64,000 nt of DNA from Candidatus Levyibacteriota bacterium (GTDB taxonomy: Bacteria > Patescibacteriota > Microgenomatia > Levybacterales > UBA12049): the NCBI GenBank assembly GCA_027459725.1, contig DAIDHK010000001.1, positions 195,411 to 259,410 of the forward strand, in the 5' to 3' direction. The notes beneath the pieces were generated by a model. It made no database searches. It saw only the letters and a list, made by a program, of their open reading frames with translations, and had not been told where the DNA came from. Of this stretch, positions 1 to 8,610 are shown in pieces. Each line of letters opens with the position of its first letter. Position 1 is the first letter of the stretch. The position numbers and the translations under genes were made by a program.

Positions 1-16
1 GCTTAGAGTAAGGCAT
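1..16 (-). CDS. 5' end of a minus-strand gene running off the window (first 5 codons MPYSK); by synteny likely ribosomal protein S8
   Basis: ATG at 16..14 preceded by strong SD AAGGAGGT (plus 21..28, 4-nt spacer); position immediately downstream of S14 in the spc operon order. Confidence 0.3.
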
Positions 17-97
17 GTAAACCTCCTTACGATGTGCATGGGAGGCGTTTTTGATTCTAATTAAAAAATCAGCAATATGATAATTCATAACTTTATT

Positions 98-283
98 TTA
101 CCAGGTAGCCTTAACCACTCCTGGCAATTCTCCTTTCGATGCACGCTCACGAAAACATAAGCGGCATAAACCAAACCGTCTAATATAACCTCTTGAACGG
201 CCACAAATCCCACAAATATTTACATATCTTGTAGGATATTTTAACTTTCTGTCATAACGAACAACGTCCGATGTTTTTGCCAT
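98..283 (-). CDS. rpsZ: 30S ribosomal protein S14 type Z (zinc-binding, 61 aa)
   Basis: 61-aa product with [10 protein letters not shown]...CRLCFRE Cys4 motif typical of S14 type Z; follows L5 as in the spc operon. Confidence 0.9.
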   Translation of the reverse strand: MAKTSDVVRYDRKLKYPTRYVNICGICGRSRGYIRRFGLCRLCFRERASKGELPGVVKATW

Positions 284-360
284 AATTTTATTATATTAAT
301 TTATCCAGCTTCGGAATTATAACAAATCTGACTCAATTATCCAAACCAATCTCTTTAATA

Positions 361-906
361 TCACTTGTCTTTCGTAAACGGTATACCCAAAGCTTCCATT
401 AGAGCGAATCCTTTTTCGTCAGTTCCAGCATTAGTAACCACAACAACTTCCAAACCTTGAATTCTGTCAACAGTTGATAAATCGATTTCAGGAAAAACCG
501 AATATTCCGGGAAACCTAAAGCATAGTTACCATGACCATCAAAACTGGTTCTACTGACTCCGCGAAAATCTTTAATACGTGGCAAGACAATAGTAATAAT
601 CTTTTCTAAAAATTCGTACATTCTTTTGCCATGCATAGTCACAACTACACCGATTGCGTCTCCTTCGCGCAATTTAAAGGTAGCAATTGATTTTTTAGAT
701 CTTACAACCTTGGGCTTTTGACCAGTAATCTGAGTCATTATTTCTACTGCTTTGGTCATATGCTTTTTATCCAAAACAGCATCTTTTACACCCATATTCA
801 CCACGATCTTCTTCATAATGGGAGTAGCCATGACATTTTTAATACCCAACTTTTGTTGTAGTTCTTTAGCAATTTTTTCTTTATATCTTTTTTCTAATGT
901 ATCCAT
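361..906 (-). CDS. rplE: 50S ribosomal protein L5
   Basis: 181 aa; conserved L5 sequence (KNVMATPIMKKIVVNMGV...); operon position between L24 and S14. Confidence 0.95.
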   Translation of the reverse strand: MDTLEKRYKEKIAKELQQKLGIKNVMATPIMKKIVVNMGVKDAVLDKKHMTKAVEIMTQITGQKPKVVRSKKSIATFKLREGDAIGVVVTMHGKRMYEFLEKIITIVLPRIKDFRGVSRTSFDGHGNYALGFPEYSVFPEIDLSTVDRIQGLEVVVVTNAGTDEKGFALMEALGIPFTKDK

Positions 907-930
907 ATATTTAACTTTTGTTTAGAATAT

Positions 931-1236
931 TTATATCGCCTCCCCGCATTTCTTACATATTCTTTCTTTAGCATCTTTGTTGATAGAAAAACCTACACGA
1001 GTCGGCTTCTTGCATTTTGGACAAATCAATTGTACGTTCGCCAAGGGTAAAGGTTTAGTAATAGAGATAATCTCTGATCTCTGTCCTTGAGCACGAGCTT
1101 TGACATGACGCTTAAATTGATTGATACCTTCTACCAAAACTTTATTCTCTTTAGCAAAAACACGCTCAACCTTGCCGGTCTTGCCCACATCTTTTCCTCT
1201 TATAATTTTTACTTCATCATTTTTCCTTAATTTCAT
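931..1236 (-). CDS. rplX: 50S ribosomal protein L24 with C-terminal Cys4 zinc-ribbon tail
   Basis: KOW-type N-terminus (KLRKNDEVKIIRGKDVGKTGKV); C-terminal CPKC...CKKC motif; position after L14. Confidence 0.9.
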   Translation of the reverse strand: MKLRKNDEVKIIRGKDVGKTGKVERVFAKENKVLVEGINQFKRHVKARAQGQRSEIISITKPLPLANVQLICPKCKKPTRVGFSINKDAKERICKKCGEAI

Positions 1237-1285
1237 AAACTTTTAACCCTTTCACAGAACTAACCTACTTGTTTTAAGCCCATCA

Positions 1286-1660
1286 TCATACGACTTCCGG
1301 TGCCATACTTGCAATCTTGGTAAAACCCACATCACGTACTTCTCTGGCAATGGGCCCAAAAATACGCGTACCGCGTGGATTTTTGTCATTTGGATTGTCA
1401 ATCAAGACAGCTGCATTATCAGAAAAACGAACATACGAACCATCCGGACGGCGATATTCTTTCCTAGTACGCACAACAACTGCCTTTACTAATTCTCCAT
1501 CAGCTACTGCACCGTGTGGGGTAGCTAATTTTACTACACAATTAACAATATCACCAATTGTTCCGCTCTTTCGATTAGAACCACCGAAAATATGTACTAC
1601 CTGCAGAATTCTGGCACCTGAATTATCTGCTGATGTTAACATTGATCTAAGCTGAATCAT
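1286..1660 (-). CDS. rplN: 50S ribosomal protein L14
   Basis: [17 protein letters not shown]... classic L14 N-terminus, 124 aa. Confidence 0.95.
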   Translation of the reverse strand: MIQLRSMLTSADNSGARILQVVHIFGGSNRKSGTIGDIVNCVVKLATPHGAVADGELVKAVVVRTRKEYRRPDGSYVRFSDNAAVLIDNPNDKNPRGTRIFGPIAREVRDVGFTKIASMAPEVV

Positions 1661-1661
1661 A

Positions 1662-1913
1662 TTATTTCTTTTCCTCCTTGTTTCCTGTTATTGTTTGCAA
1701 AACAAAATGCTTACCTTTAGAAATTGGTTTGGTTTCAACAATGACTACAATGTCTCCATTTTTTACTGTTTTACCGGCTGTATCAGCCTTAAAACGACTC
1801 GTTTGTTTTAACAATTTTTTATATAAAGGATGAGGAACACGACGTGTTACCTCTACCACAATTGTATTTTGCATTGCAGTTGATACAACTGCCCCTGTAA
1901 TTGTCTTAGCCAT
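1662..1913 (-). CDS. rpsQ: 30S ribosomal protein S17
   Basis: 83 aa, S17-like OB-fold sequence; operon position L29-S17-L14. Confidence 0.9.
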   Translation of the reverse strand: MAKTITGAVVSTAMQNTIVVEVTRRVPHPLYKKLLKQTSRFKADTAGKTVKNGDIVVIVETKPISKGKHFVLQTITGNKEEKK

Positions 1914-2112
1914 TTGTTTGCTCCTTTCTTGCCAGATGAGTCAAAAGATATGATATCTCTTTTCTCTTCCAGAATTCCAGCCGGGTATTTTTATTCTTAC
2001 CCAAAGCTTTATCCATTTGAATATCAAACAGACTTTTTCTTGCCTCTTTAAGCATTTGTCTAAGTTCTGTTGTTGATTTGTTAATTAGATCTTTTTTATC
2101 TCTCAATTTCAT
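1906..2112 (-). CDS. rpmC: 50S ribosomal protein L29
   Basis: 68-aa helical protein between L16 and S17, overlaps S17 start by 8 nt. Confidence 0.85.
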   Translation of the reverse strand: MKLRDKKDLINKSTTELRQMLKEARKSLFDIQMDKALGKNKNTRLEFWKRKEISYLLTHLARKEQTNG

Positions 2113-2116
2113 ATTT

Positions 2117-2527
2117 CTATTCCTCTTTAGTAATAAATCTAGTTTTAACGGGCAATTTATGAGCGGCTAACCTCAAAGCCTCCGAGGCTACTTCCGCACT
2201 GACTCCAGCCATCTCAAATAAAATTCTACCAGGCTTTACAGGTGCTACATATTCATGGACATCACCTTTCCCACTCCCCATACGTACCTCTGGTGGTTTT
2301 TTGGTAATTGGCTTATCTGGAAAAATTCTGATCCAGACACGACCACCACGGGCCGTGAAATGAGTAATAGCACGACGTGCAGCCTCAATTTGACGGCTAC
2401 TTATCCAACCCATATCCAACGCAGTGAGCCCATATTCCCCATAGGTAAGAGAGGTACCATTGTAAGCATCCCCCTTCATCATTCCACGCATCTGTTTACG
2501 ATATTTAACTCTTCTTGGTGCCAACAT
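2117..2527 (-). CDS. rplP: 50S ribosomal protein L16
   Basis: [15 protein letters not shown]... canonical L16 N-terminus. Confidence 0.95.
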   Translation of the reverse strand: MLAPRRVKYRKQMRGMMKGDAYNGTSLTYGEYGLTALDMGWISSRQIEAARRAITHFTARGGRVWIRIFPDKPITKKPPEVRMGSGKGDVHEYVAPVKPGRILFEMAGVSAEVASEALRLAAHKLPVKTRFITKEE

Positions 2528-3177
2528 TATTTAATTCCTCCTTCAGTTTTATGAATCCAGACCTTTACACCAATATAACCCTTAGTAGTCAACGCTGGTA
2601 CTGACGCATATTCGATATCCTCACGAATCGTAGATAGCGGTACTGTACCTACCTGAATCTTCTCTGTACGATGAATTTCAGCTCCTGCAATACGTCCGGA
2701 AAGCACTATACGTACCCCTTTAGCGCCACTACTCATCACACGATCAGAAATCTGTACCAATACACGCTTATAAGGCAAGCGGCGGACTAACATATCAGCA
2801 ATATTTTTGGCGACTAAATAGGCATCTAAATTAGGTTCTTTGACTGGTTCAACGCGCAATTCTAGCTTAGGAGCCTGTTTACCATGTTGTTTTTTCAAAA
2901 ATGAGTTCAAGGTCCTCTTTAATTCTTCAATTCCTGATCCTGAACGGCCGATAACCATACCTGGCTTTGCCACAGAAAGAATAATCTGTAAACTATTAAT
3001 AGAGCGCTCTATTTCCACGGAAGAAATTCCGGATTTTTCCAGTTTCTTAAACAAGATATTACGCAAGTGATAATCTTCCAGCACCACATCTTTGTACTTT
3101 TTATCATCAAACCAGCGACTCTTCCAGGTGTCAGTTACTTGTAATCTTAATAATGTTGGATTAATTTTTTGACCCAT
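2527..3177 (-). CDS. rpsC: 30S ribosomal protein S3
   Basis: MGQKINP...; KH domain motifs; 216 aa. Confidence 0.95.
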   Translation of the reverse strand: MGQKINPTLLRLQVTDTWKSRWFDDKKYKDVVLEDYHLRNILFKKLEKSGISSVEIERSINSLQIILSVAKPGMVIGRSGSGIEELKRTLNSFLKKQHGKQAPKLELRVEPVKEPNLDAYLVAKNIADMLVRRLPYKRVLVQISDRVMSSGAKGVRIVLSGRIAGAEIHRTEKIQVGTVPLSTIREDIEYASVPALTTKGYIGVKVWIHKTEGGIK

Positions 3178-3180
3178 ATT

Positions 3181-3522
3181 TTATTTACTTTCTAAGACAA
3201 CTGTTATATTACTGCTTCTCTTTTTGTAAGGATGAATTCTTCCCCTAGTAGAAGCATGATAACGCTTCAGAGCCTGACCTTCGTTTACAATAATTTCCGC
3301 AATACGCAATTGATCTCTCTGTAATTTAGCATTATTGACCGCATTAGCTACAGCACTTTGCATCACCTCTACTAATATGTTAGCTGCTCTTTTGCGCAAC
3401 AAAGGAAGCTGACCTAAAGCCTGTTCTAAAGGCAAATTTCGCACAGCATCAGCAACCAGGCGAACCTTTCTTGGACTGACTTTAACTTGTTTAGCTGTTG
3501 CATGTACTTTCATATTATTCAT
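3181..3522 (-). CDS. rplV: 50S ribosomal protein L22
   Basis: 113 aa, L22-like; operon position S19-L22-S3. Confidence 0.9.
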   Translation of the reverse strand: MNNMKVHATAKQVKVSPRKVRLVADAVRNLPLEQALGQLPLLRKRAANILVEVMQSAVANAVNNAKLQRDQLRIAEIIVNEGQALKRYHASTRGRIHPYKKRSSNITVVLESK

Positions 3523-3806
3523 TATGTTTTACTAATTTCGCGCGCTACTACTCTCCCATGACTTCTAAAAGTACGAGTAGCGGCAAATTCACCAAGTCTT
3601 CGTCCTACCATACTTTCTGAGATCAGTACGTTTACAAAAATTCTGCCATTATGTACTGCAATTGTATGACCGACAAATTCCGGTGGGATTTGACAGGCTC
3701 TGAACCATGTCTTGATAGGACCATGATCACCGGTCTGCTTTTGCTTTTGCACCTTTTTCATTAATCTTTCGTCAATATACGGACCTTTTTTACTACTTCT
3801 TGCCAT
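3522..3806 (-). CDS. rpsS: 30S ribosomal protein S19
   Basis: [12 protein letters not shown]...; 94 aa, canonical S19. Confidence 0.95.
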   Translation of the reverse strand: MARSSKKGPYIDERLMKKVQKQKQTGDHGPIKTWFRACQIPPEFVGHTIAVHNGRIFVNVLISESMVGRRLGEFAATRTFRSHGRVVAREISKT

Positions 3807-3889
3807 AAAAAATCCAAAAGTTAAAATTCAAAATAATATTCAAGACCAAAGATTTATTAATTCTGTTCTTTGAATTTAGAATTCTGATT

Positions 3890-4651
3890 TTACTTGTGTG
3901 ATCCTCCTTTTCTTCTTTGAACAATATACTTATCAGAATACTTATTTGGTCGTCGTCGCTTTCCCACTGCTGAATTACCAGCATAATTCTTGGGTGAGGA
4001 CATACCAATACCCGAACGTCCTTCTCCTCCTCCATGAGGATGAGAACGAGGATTCATAGCTACACCTCGTACGTTAGGACGAATACCCCGATGTCTCGAA
4101 CGTCCCGCTTTGCCTAAAACCTCATTTTTCCAGTTAACTTTACCTACTTGACCTATTGTAGCGTAGCCACTAGCATCAACTTTGCGAATTTCAGTCGAAG
4201 GCATTCTTAAAAAAACTAACCCTCCTTCACTGGCATTTACTATTACGCTTGTTCCTGCACCGCGGGCAATTTGTCCTCCTTTACCAGGAGTCAATTCTAC
4301 ATTATGTACAACTGTACCAACTGGAATCTTGACCAGGGGCAAGGCATTCCCGGGCTTAATATCCGCACTAGGAGAAGCTACAATACTATCTCCTATCTTT
4401 AGCCCTTCAGGAGCCAAAATATATCGCTTTTCCCCATCACTATAATGGATTAAAGCAATATCACATGTCCTGTTTGGATCATATTCAATAGTGACAACCT
4501 TACCATCTACATCAACTTTATTGCGCTTAAAATCGATAACGCGATAAAAACGCTTATGCTCCCCACCCTGATGCCTTACAGTTACCTGCCCAGCCAAGTT
4601 GCGACCTGAATGCTTTTTGCGAATATGTTTTAGTTTTTTCATATAATTCAT
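3890..4651 (-). CDS. rplB: 50S ribosomal protein L2
   Basis: 253 aa; conserved L2 C-terminal Gly/His-rich motifs ([15 protein letters not shown]). Confidence 0.95.
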   Translation of the reverse strand: MNYMKKLKHIRKKHSGRNLAGQVTVRHQGGEHKRFYRVIDFKRNKVDVDGKVVTIEYDPNRTCDIALIHYSDGEKRYILAPEGLKIGDSIVASPSADIKPGNALPLVKIPVGTVVHNVELTPGKGGQIARGAGTSVIVNASEGGLVFLRMPSTEIRKVDASGYATIGQVGKVNWKNEVLGKAGRSRHRGIRPNVRGVAMNPRSHPHGGGEGRSGIGMSSPKNYAGNSAVGKRRRPNKYSDKYIVQRRKGGSHK

Positions 4652-4695
4652 TCATAGACTATGAGGCTAATTGTAGCATACAATAGCCGCAAAGT

Positions 4696-4986
4696 CTAAG
4701 CACCTAATTCAAATAAACTGATTTTTTGTCCTGACTTAAGTTCAACCAAGGCTTTTTTAAAAATTGAAGCAGAAACTTTTTGACGATTACGACCAATCCG
4801 TTTACGTTTACCTTTAACCACCGTGGTCATGACACTCACAACATTTACAGAAAAGCTACTTTCAACCGCCTTTTTGATATCTTTTTTACCAGCACTTTGA
4901 GCTACAATAAACGAATATTTTCCTTTTTCAGCCTCGGCCATAGATTTTTCTGTAATTAATGGTTTATATATAGCTTTCATAATCAT
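4696..4986 (-). CDS. rplW: 50S ribosomal protein L23
   Basis: 96 aa; overlaps L4 stop (ATGA); L23-like sequence. Confidence 0.9.
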   Translation of the reverse strand: MIMKAIYKPLITEKSMAEAEKGKYSFIVAQSAGKKDIKKAVESSFSVNVVSVMTTVVKGKRKRIGRNRQKVSASIFKKALVELKSGQKISLFELGA

Positions 4987-5720
4987 TTCCCCAACCTTTT
5001 TTGCAAACTCTCAACTGCTTCTTGAGCAAATAAAATTTGTCGAGCCGTTAAAACATCATAGGCATTCAATCTGGCTGCCGAAGTCAGGGTAACCCCCTCC
5101 AGATTTCTGGCCGCACGTACTATATTTCCAGTACCATCATTAATAACAACCAGCAACTTGTCATTACTCTTATTTCTAAGCTTTAAGTTACTTAATGCAG
5201 CTGCCATAGCTTTAGTTTTGGCTTCCATCGTGGCCAAACCAGATACTACTTTGATCTCCTGACCTTTCAATTTTGCTGATAAAACACTAGTCAAGGCTTT
5301 TTGACGCATCTTTTGTGGCATTGTCATACTAAAGTCAACTGGTCTTGGACCATGAGAAACTCCTCCATAATGAACAAATAAAGGAGCTTTTAAGGAACCA
5401 TGACGAGCGCGCCCTGTCCCTTTTTGGCGATAGATTTTGCGGGTAGAAGCGGAAACTTCTCCTCGTGTTTTGGTAGACCTTGTACCTTGACGCTGATTAG
5501 CCAAATACACACGCACTGCTTGCGCAATTATAGCTTTATTAGCAGCCACACCGAAAACATGCTTAGCAAGCTCCAACTGACCAGTTACTTTACCATTAAC
5601 ATCAAATACATCGACAGTCAAATCTGACTCTTTTTTCACAGTTTTAGAAGCAACAGTCTTTTTAACGACTGCACTGGTAGTAGTGACTTTTTTTGCTGTC
5701 TTTTTTACTGCTTCTGCCAT
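4983..5720 (-). CDS. rplD: 50S ribosomal protein L4 with Lys-rich N-terminal extension
   Basis: 245 aa; L4 core (TRGEVSASTRKIYRQKGTGRARHGS) preceded by about 40 aa K/T/V-rich extension. Confidence 0.9.
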   Translation of the reverse strand: MAEAVKKTAKKVTTTSAVVKKTVASKTVKKESDLTVDVFDVNGKVTGQLELAKHVFGVAANKAIIAQAVRVYLANQRQGTRSTKTRGEVSASTRKIYRQKGTGRARHGSLKAPLFVHYGGVSHGPRPVDFSMTMPQKMRQKALTSVLSAKLKGQEIKVVSGLATMEAKTKAMAAALSNLKLRNKSNDKLLVVINDGTGNIVRAARNLEGVTLTSAARLNAYDVLTARQILFAQEAVESLQKRLGK

Positions 5721-5721
5721 A

Positions 5722-6534
5722 TTATTTAGCTTCCTCCATGGACTTTTCTACTTTTACTTCTGAAGTTGGTGCTGCAGATTCAAATTTGGTTTCTTCAACT
5801 TGATTAGTCACTTCAGCTTTAGGCGCTTGGGTATTGGCAGGTTCTTCACTAACCGGCATACCGTCCATATTTTCCATGCGCAACATTGGGCTGAACTTTT
5901 TATCAGCCATTTTACCTGTCTTCTTAATAACCACGAATGAATTCAGATGTCCTGGGACTAAACCGGCTAAATATACTTTGTTTCCAATAATATCAGCTAC
6001 AAATAAGTTTTGTACTGTAACAGTATCTGAACCCATACGCCCAGCCATTCTTTTGCCTTTATACACCCGTCCAGGAGTAGTAGTTTGCCCCAAAGAACCA
6101 GGAGCACGTTCACGGTCAGACTGACCATGAGTTCTGGGACCACCACGAAAATTGTGTCTTTTTACTACCCCCGCCCAGCCTTTACCTTTGGAAGTACCTG
6201 TAGCATTAACGATGTCACCAGGTTGTAAAACATCGGTCAAACTGATTACCGCACCTACTTCCGGCATAACTTCATTGACATCAAAAAACCGCACCTCTTT
6301 AATGACTTTTGGTGCGGCAGTTAGATTGGCTTTCTTAGCGGTTCCGAGTTGACTGCGAGTAGGATTCTTATGAACACCCGCGCCAATTTGTACGGCATTA
6401 TAGCCTTCTTTAGCCATACTTTTGCTAGCCAAAACTTTATTTGGATTAACACAAACTACCGTGACTGGAATTCTAGTCCCGTTTGTTAAAAATCTTTGTG
6501 TTTGTTCTGATTTTTGACCAATTATTGTCTGCAT
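5722..6534 (-). CDS. rplC: 50S ribosomal protein L3 with about 60-aa acidic C-terminal extension
   Basis: 270 aa; L3 core motifs (FRGGPRTHGQSDRERAPGSLG); C-terminal tail rich in E/K/P/A/T not present in typical 210-aa L3. Confidence 0.9.
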   Translation of the reverse strand: MQTIIGQKSEQTQRFLTNGTRIPVTVVCVNPNKVLASKSMAKEGYNAVQIGAGVHKNPTRSQLGTAKKANLTAAPKVIKEVRFFDVNEVMPEVGAVISLTDVLQPGDIVNATGTSKGKGWAGVVKRHNFRGGPRTHGQSDRERAPGSLGQTTTPGRVYKGKRMAGRMGSDTVTVQNLFVADIIGNKVYLAGLVPGHLNSFVVIKKTGKMADKKFSPMLRMENMDGMPVSEEPANTQAPKAEVTNQVEETKFESAAPTSEVKVEKSMEEAK

Positions 6535-6693
6535 ATGTACCCCTTGTGCTAATAATTTTTATCATTTTCAAAAAAAAGACAGCCTCTCGACTATCTGTTG
6601 TTGACGATAGAACCTGAACAAGTATTATACAGTTAGGATTATACTATATATCATTGTTTGGCATCAATATCTATCAAATATAATCTTTTAAGA

Positions 6694-7002
6694 TTACATT
6701 TTAATCTCAACATCAACTCCAGCCGGTAATTCCAAATGAGTAAGACTATCAATAGTTTTGTCAGTAGGAGAAATAATATCAACTAATCTCTTATGCACAC
6801 AGATCTGAAAATGATCTCGGTGATTCTTTTCAACGAAAGGAGCTTTATTGATAGCATAGACGCTGCGCTGAGTGGGAAGTGGAACTGGACCCACAATCTT
6901 GGCACCGGTTCTAATAGCCGTATCTAATATTTGCTGACAACACGCATCAATTACACGTGAGTCATAGCTTTTCAAACGAACACGAATTCTTCCTTTTGGC
7001 AT
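6694..7002 (-). CDS. rpsJ: 30S ribosomal protein S10
   Basis: 102 aa; canonical S10 (IRVRLKSYD...); SD GAAGGAGAA 8 nt upstream. Confidence 0.95.
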   Translation of the reverse strand: MPKGRIRVRLKSYDSRVIDACCQQILDTAIRTGAKIVGPVPLPTQRSVYAINKAPFVEKNHRDHFQICVHKRLVDIISPTDKTIDSLTHLELPAGVDVEIKM

Positions 7003-7048
7003 AGCTTTATTCTCCTTCTTTCAAAGTTCTTACTTAAAGGTAAAAGTA

Positions 7049-7077
7049 ATTATACAATACTGCGCTCAAATTGTCCA
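7049..7077 (-). promoter_or_regulatory. Candidate sigma70-type promoter of the S10 operon (TGGACA-17-tgTATAAT)
   Basis: On minus strand -35 TGGACA (plus 7072..7077), 17-nt spacer, extended -10 TG-TATAAT (plus 7049..7056), about 45 nt upstream of rpsJ ATG. Confidence 0.4.
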
Positions 7078-7141
7078 TAATTAGGAACGCTTAAAAATAA
7101 AAGGTAATACACTGAGCTAAATTTAAAATAAATATGCTAAT

Positions 7142-8092
7142 ATGTTAGCTATGCAGGAGAAAGTTTTTACACCTCTAAAATCCGGTTTCCTGGACGTGAG
7201 TGATGGGTACAAGATTAGATACGCTCAATTTGGCAACCCCCAAGGTAAACCTATTCTTTTTCTTCATGGAGGCCCGGGAGGAGGAGGTTATGAAAGTGAG
7301 ATTTACAATTTGAATTTTTTTGACCTCTCTCAATGGAACATTATAACTTTTGATCAACGAGGAGCAGGTCAAAGTACTCCCTTTGCCAGTGTAGAGAATA
7401 ATACAACTCAAAAAATAATTGAAGATATTGATAAACTCTTAAAATTATTTTCTATTGACAGAATTTTTCTCTATGGTGGTTCCTGGGGGTCAGCGCTTTC
7501 TCTATTTTATGCTATACAAAATCCTCAAAGAATCACCGGCATACTTGTTCGGGGAATTTATTTGGGTTCGAGCAGTGATAATTATCATCTGATCAATGGG
7601 CCTATCAAATACAATTTTCCTGAAAACTGGGAACGTTTTATGAATCTTGTACCTGCAAATCAACAACAAGACGCTCTCTCTTATTATTTAGATAAGATAT
7701 TACATGGAACTGAAAATGAAAAAGATAAATATGCTTATGATTTTGATCTTTATGAATCTGCCTTTTTAACTATGAATCCTACACCAGGAAAGATTGAGAA
7801 AGACATGTCCAATGGAGCGTATCGATCTTTTGCTCCTATTGAGGCAACGTATATGCTCAATTTATGCTTTATGCCTGATAATTATATTTTGAATAATGCC
7901 CATAAACTTTCCAATATCCCAGTAACTATTATTCATGGCCGATATGATTTTATTTGTCCTCCCGCTAACGCATGGAATTTACATAAGACAATACAGAATT
8001 CTAAACTCAAATTTGTTTATGGGGCTCATAGTGCCAGAGAGGATGATATGCAAAAATTAATCACGGATGAATTGTCAATAATGGTAAAATAA
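7142..8092 (+). CDS. pip: Proline iminopeptidase (prolyl aminopeptidase, alpha/beta hydrolase S33 family)
   Basis: 316 aa; LHGGPGGGG oxyanion region and GGSWGS nucleophile motif characteristic of prolyl aminopeptidases. Confidence 0.8.
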   Translation: MLAMQEKVFTPLKSGFLDVSDGYKIRYAQFGNPQGKPILFLHGGPGGGGYESEIYNLNFFDLSQWNIITFDQRGAGQSTPFASVENNTTQKIIEDIDKLLKLFSIDRIFLYGGSWGSALSLFYAIQNPQRITGILVRGIYLGSSSDNYHLINGPIKYNFPENWERFMNLVPANQQQDALSYYLDKILHGTENEKDKYAYDFDLYESAFLTMNPTPGKIEKDMSNGAYRSFAPIEATYMLNLCFMPDNYILNNAHKLSNIPVTIIHGRYDFICPPANAWNLHKTIQNSKLKFVYGAHSAREDDMQKLITDELSIMVK

Positions 8093-8167
8093 CTGCACGA
8101 AAAGATCTTTAATAAATCCCCTAATGGATTATATTTACCCTCGATTAGTGTTAAAATTCCCAACAAT

Positions 8168-8520
8168 ATGAATAAAGAGAGTCCAGCTTATCAGAACTCA
8201 CATCTTGAACAAATCAGAAGACAATTCATGGATACCAACGAACATCGGGACATTTCAATTTAAACAAGACTAATGGATTCAGAAGAATTAACAAAAGCAT
8301 ATGTAATTTTCCCCCACCTGAGCAATCTGCCTGATGGTGCCTTTATTGTAGATAAAGACTCAGGTAAGGGGACCATTGCAGAGCACACTGCTCGATATTT
8401 CCGCAATGCAAGAGTAATTGCCATGGATATCTCTCTGCTGCTATACCGAAGGTAAAAGATTACGAAACATTCTTACAGAAATGAAAAGATAATGCTAAAA
8501 ATTTATAGCTGGAAAAAGTA
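8168..8520 (+). pseudogene. Decayed class I SAM-dependent methyltransferase remnant (several stop-interrupted fragments)
   Basis: Fragments in one reading direction broken by stops; fragment 8273..8455 carries degenerate motif I/II (VDKDSGKG ... ARVIAMDIS) resembling the second remnant at 16320..16660. Confidence 0.3.
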
Positions 8521-8610
8521 ACCGCAGCCTCATCCTAACCTCTAATAAGGCTTAAACAAAATTTGTTTTTAAACTCCAAGTGAAACATATTTATTTAATC
8601 CCAAATAAAA

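Noticed and set aside
1317-1655. 112-aa plus-strand ORF antisense to rplN
   Set aside because: Lies entirely within the highly conserved L14 gene on the opposite strand; low-complexity translation; typical antisense artefact.
3793-4035. 80-aa minus-strand ORF spanning the S19-L2 spacer
   Set aside because: Out-of-frame overlap with the L2 C-terminus; Lys/Ile-rich product from AT-rich spacer; no SD.
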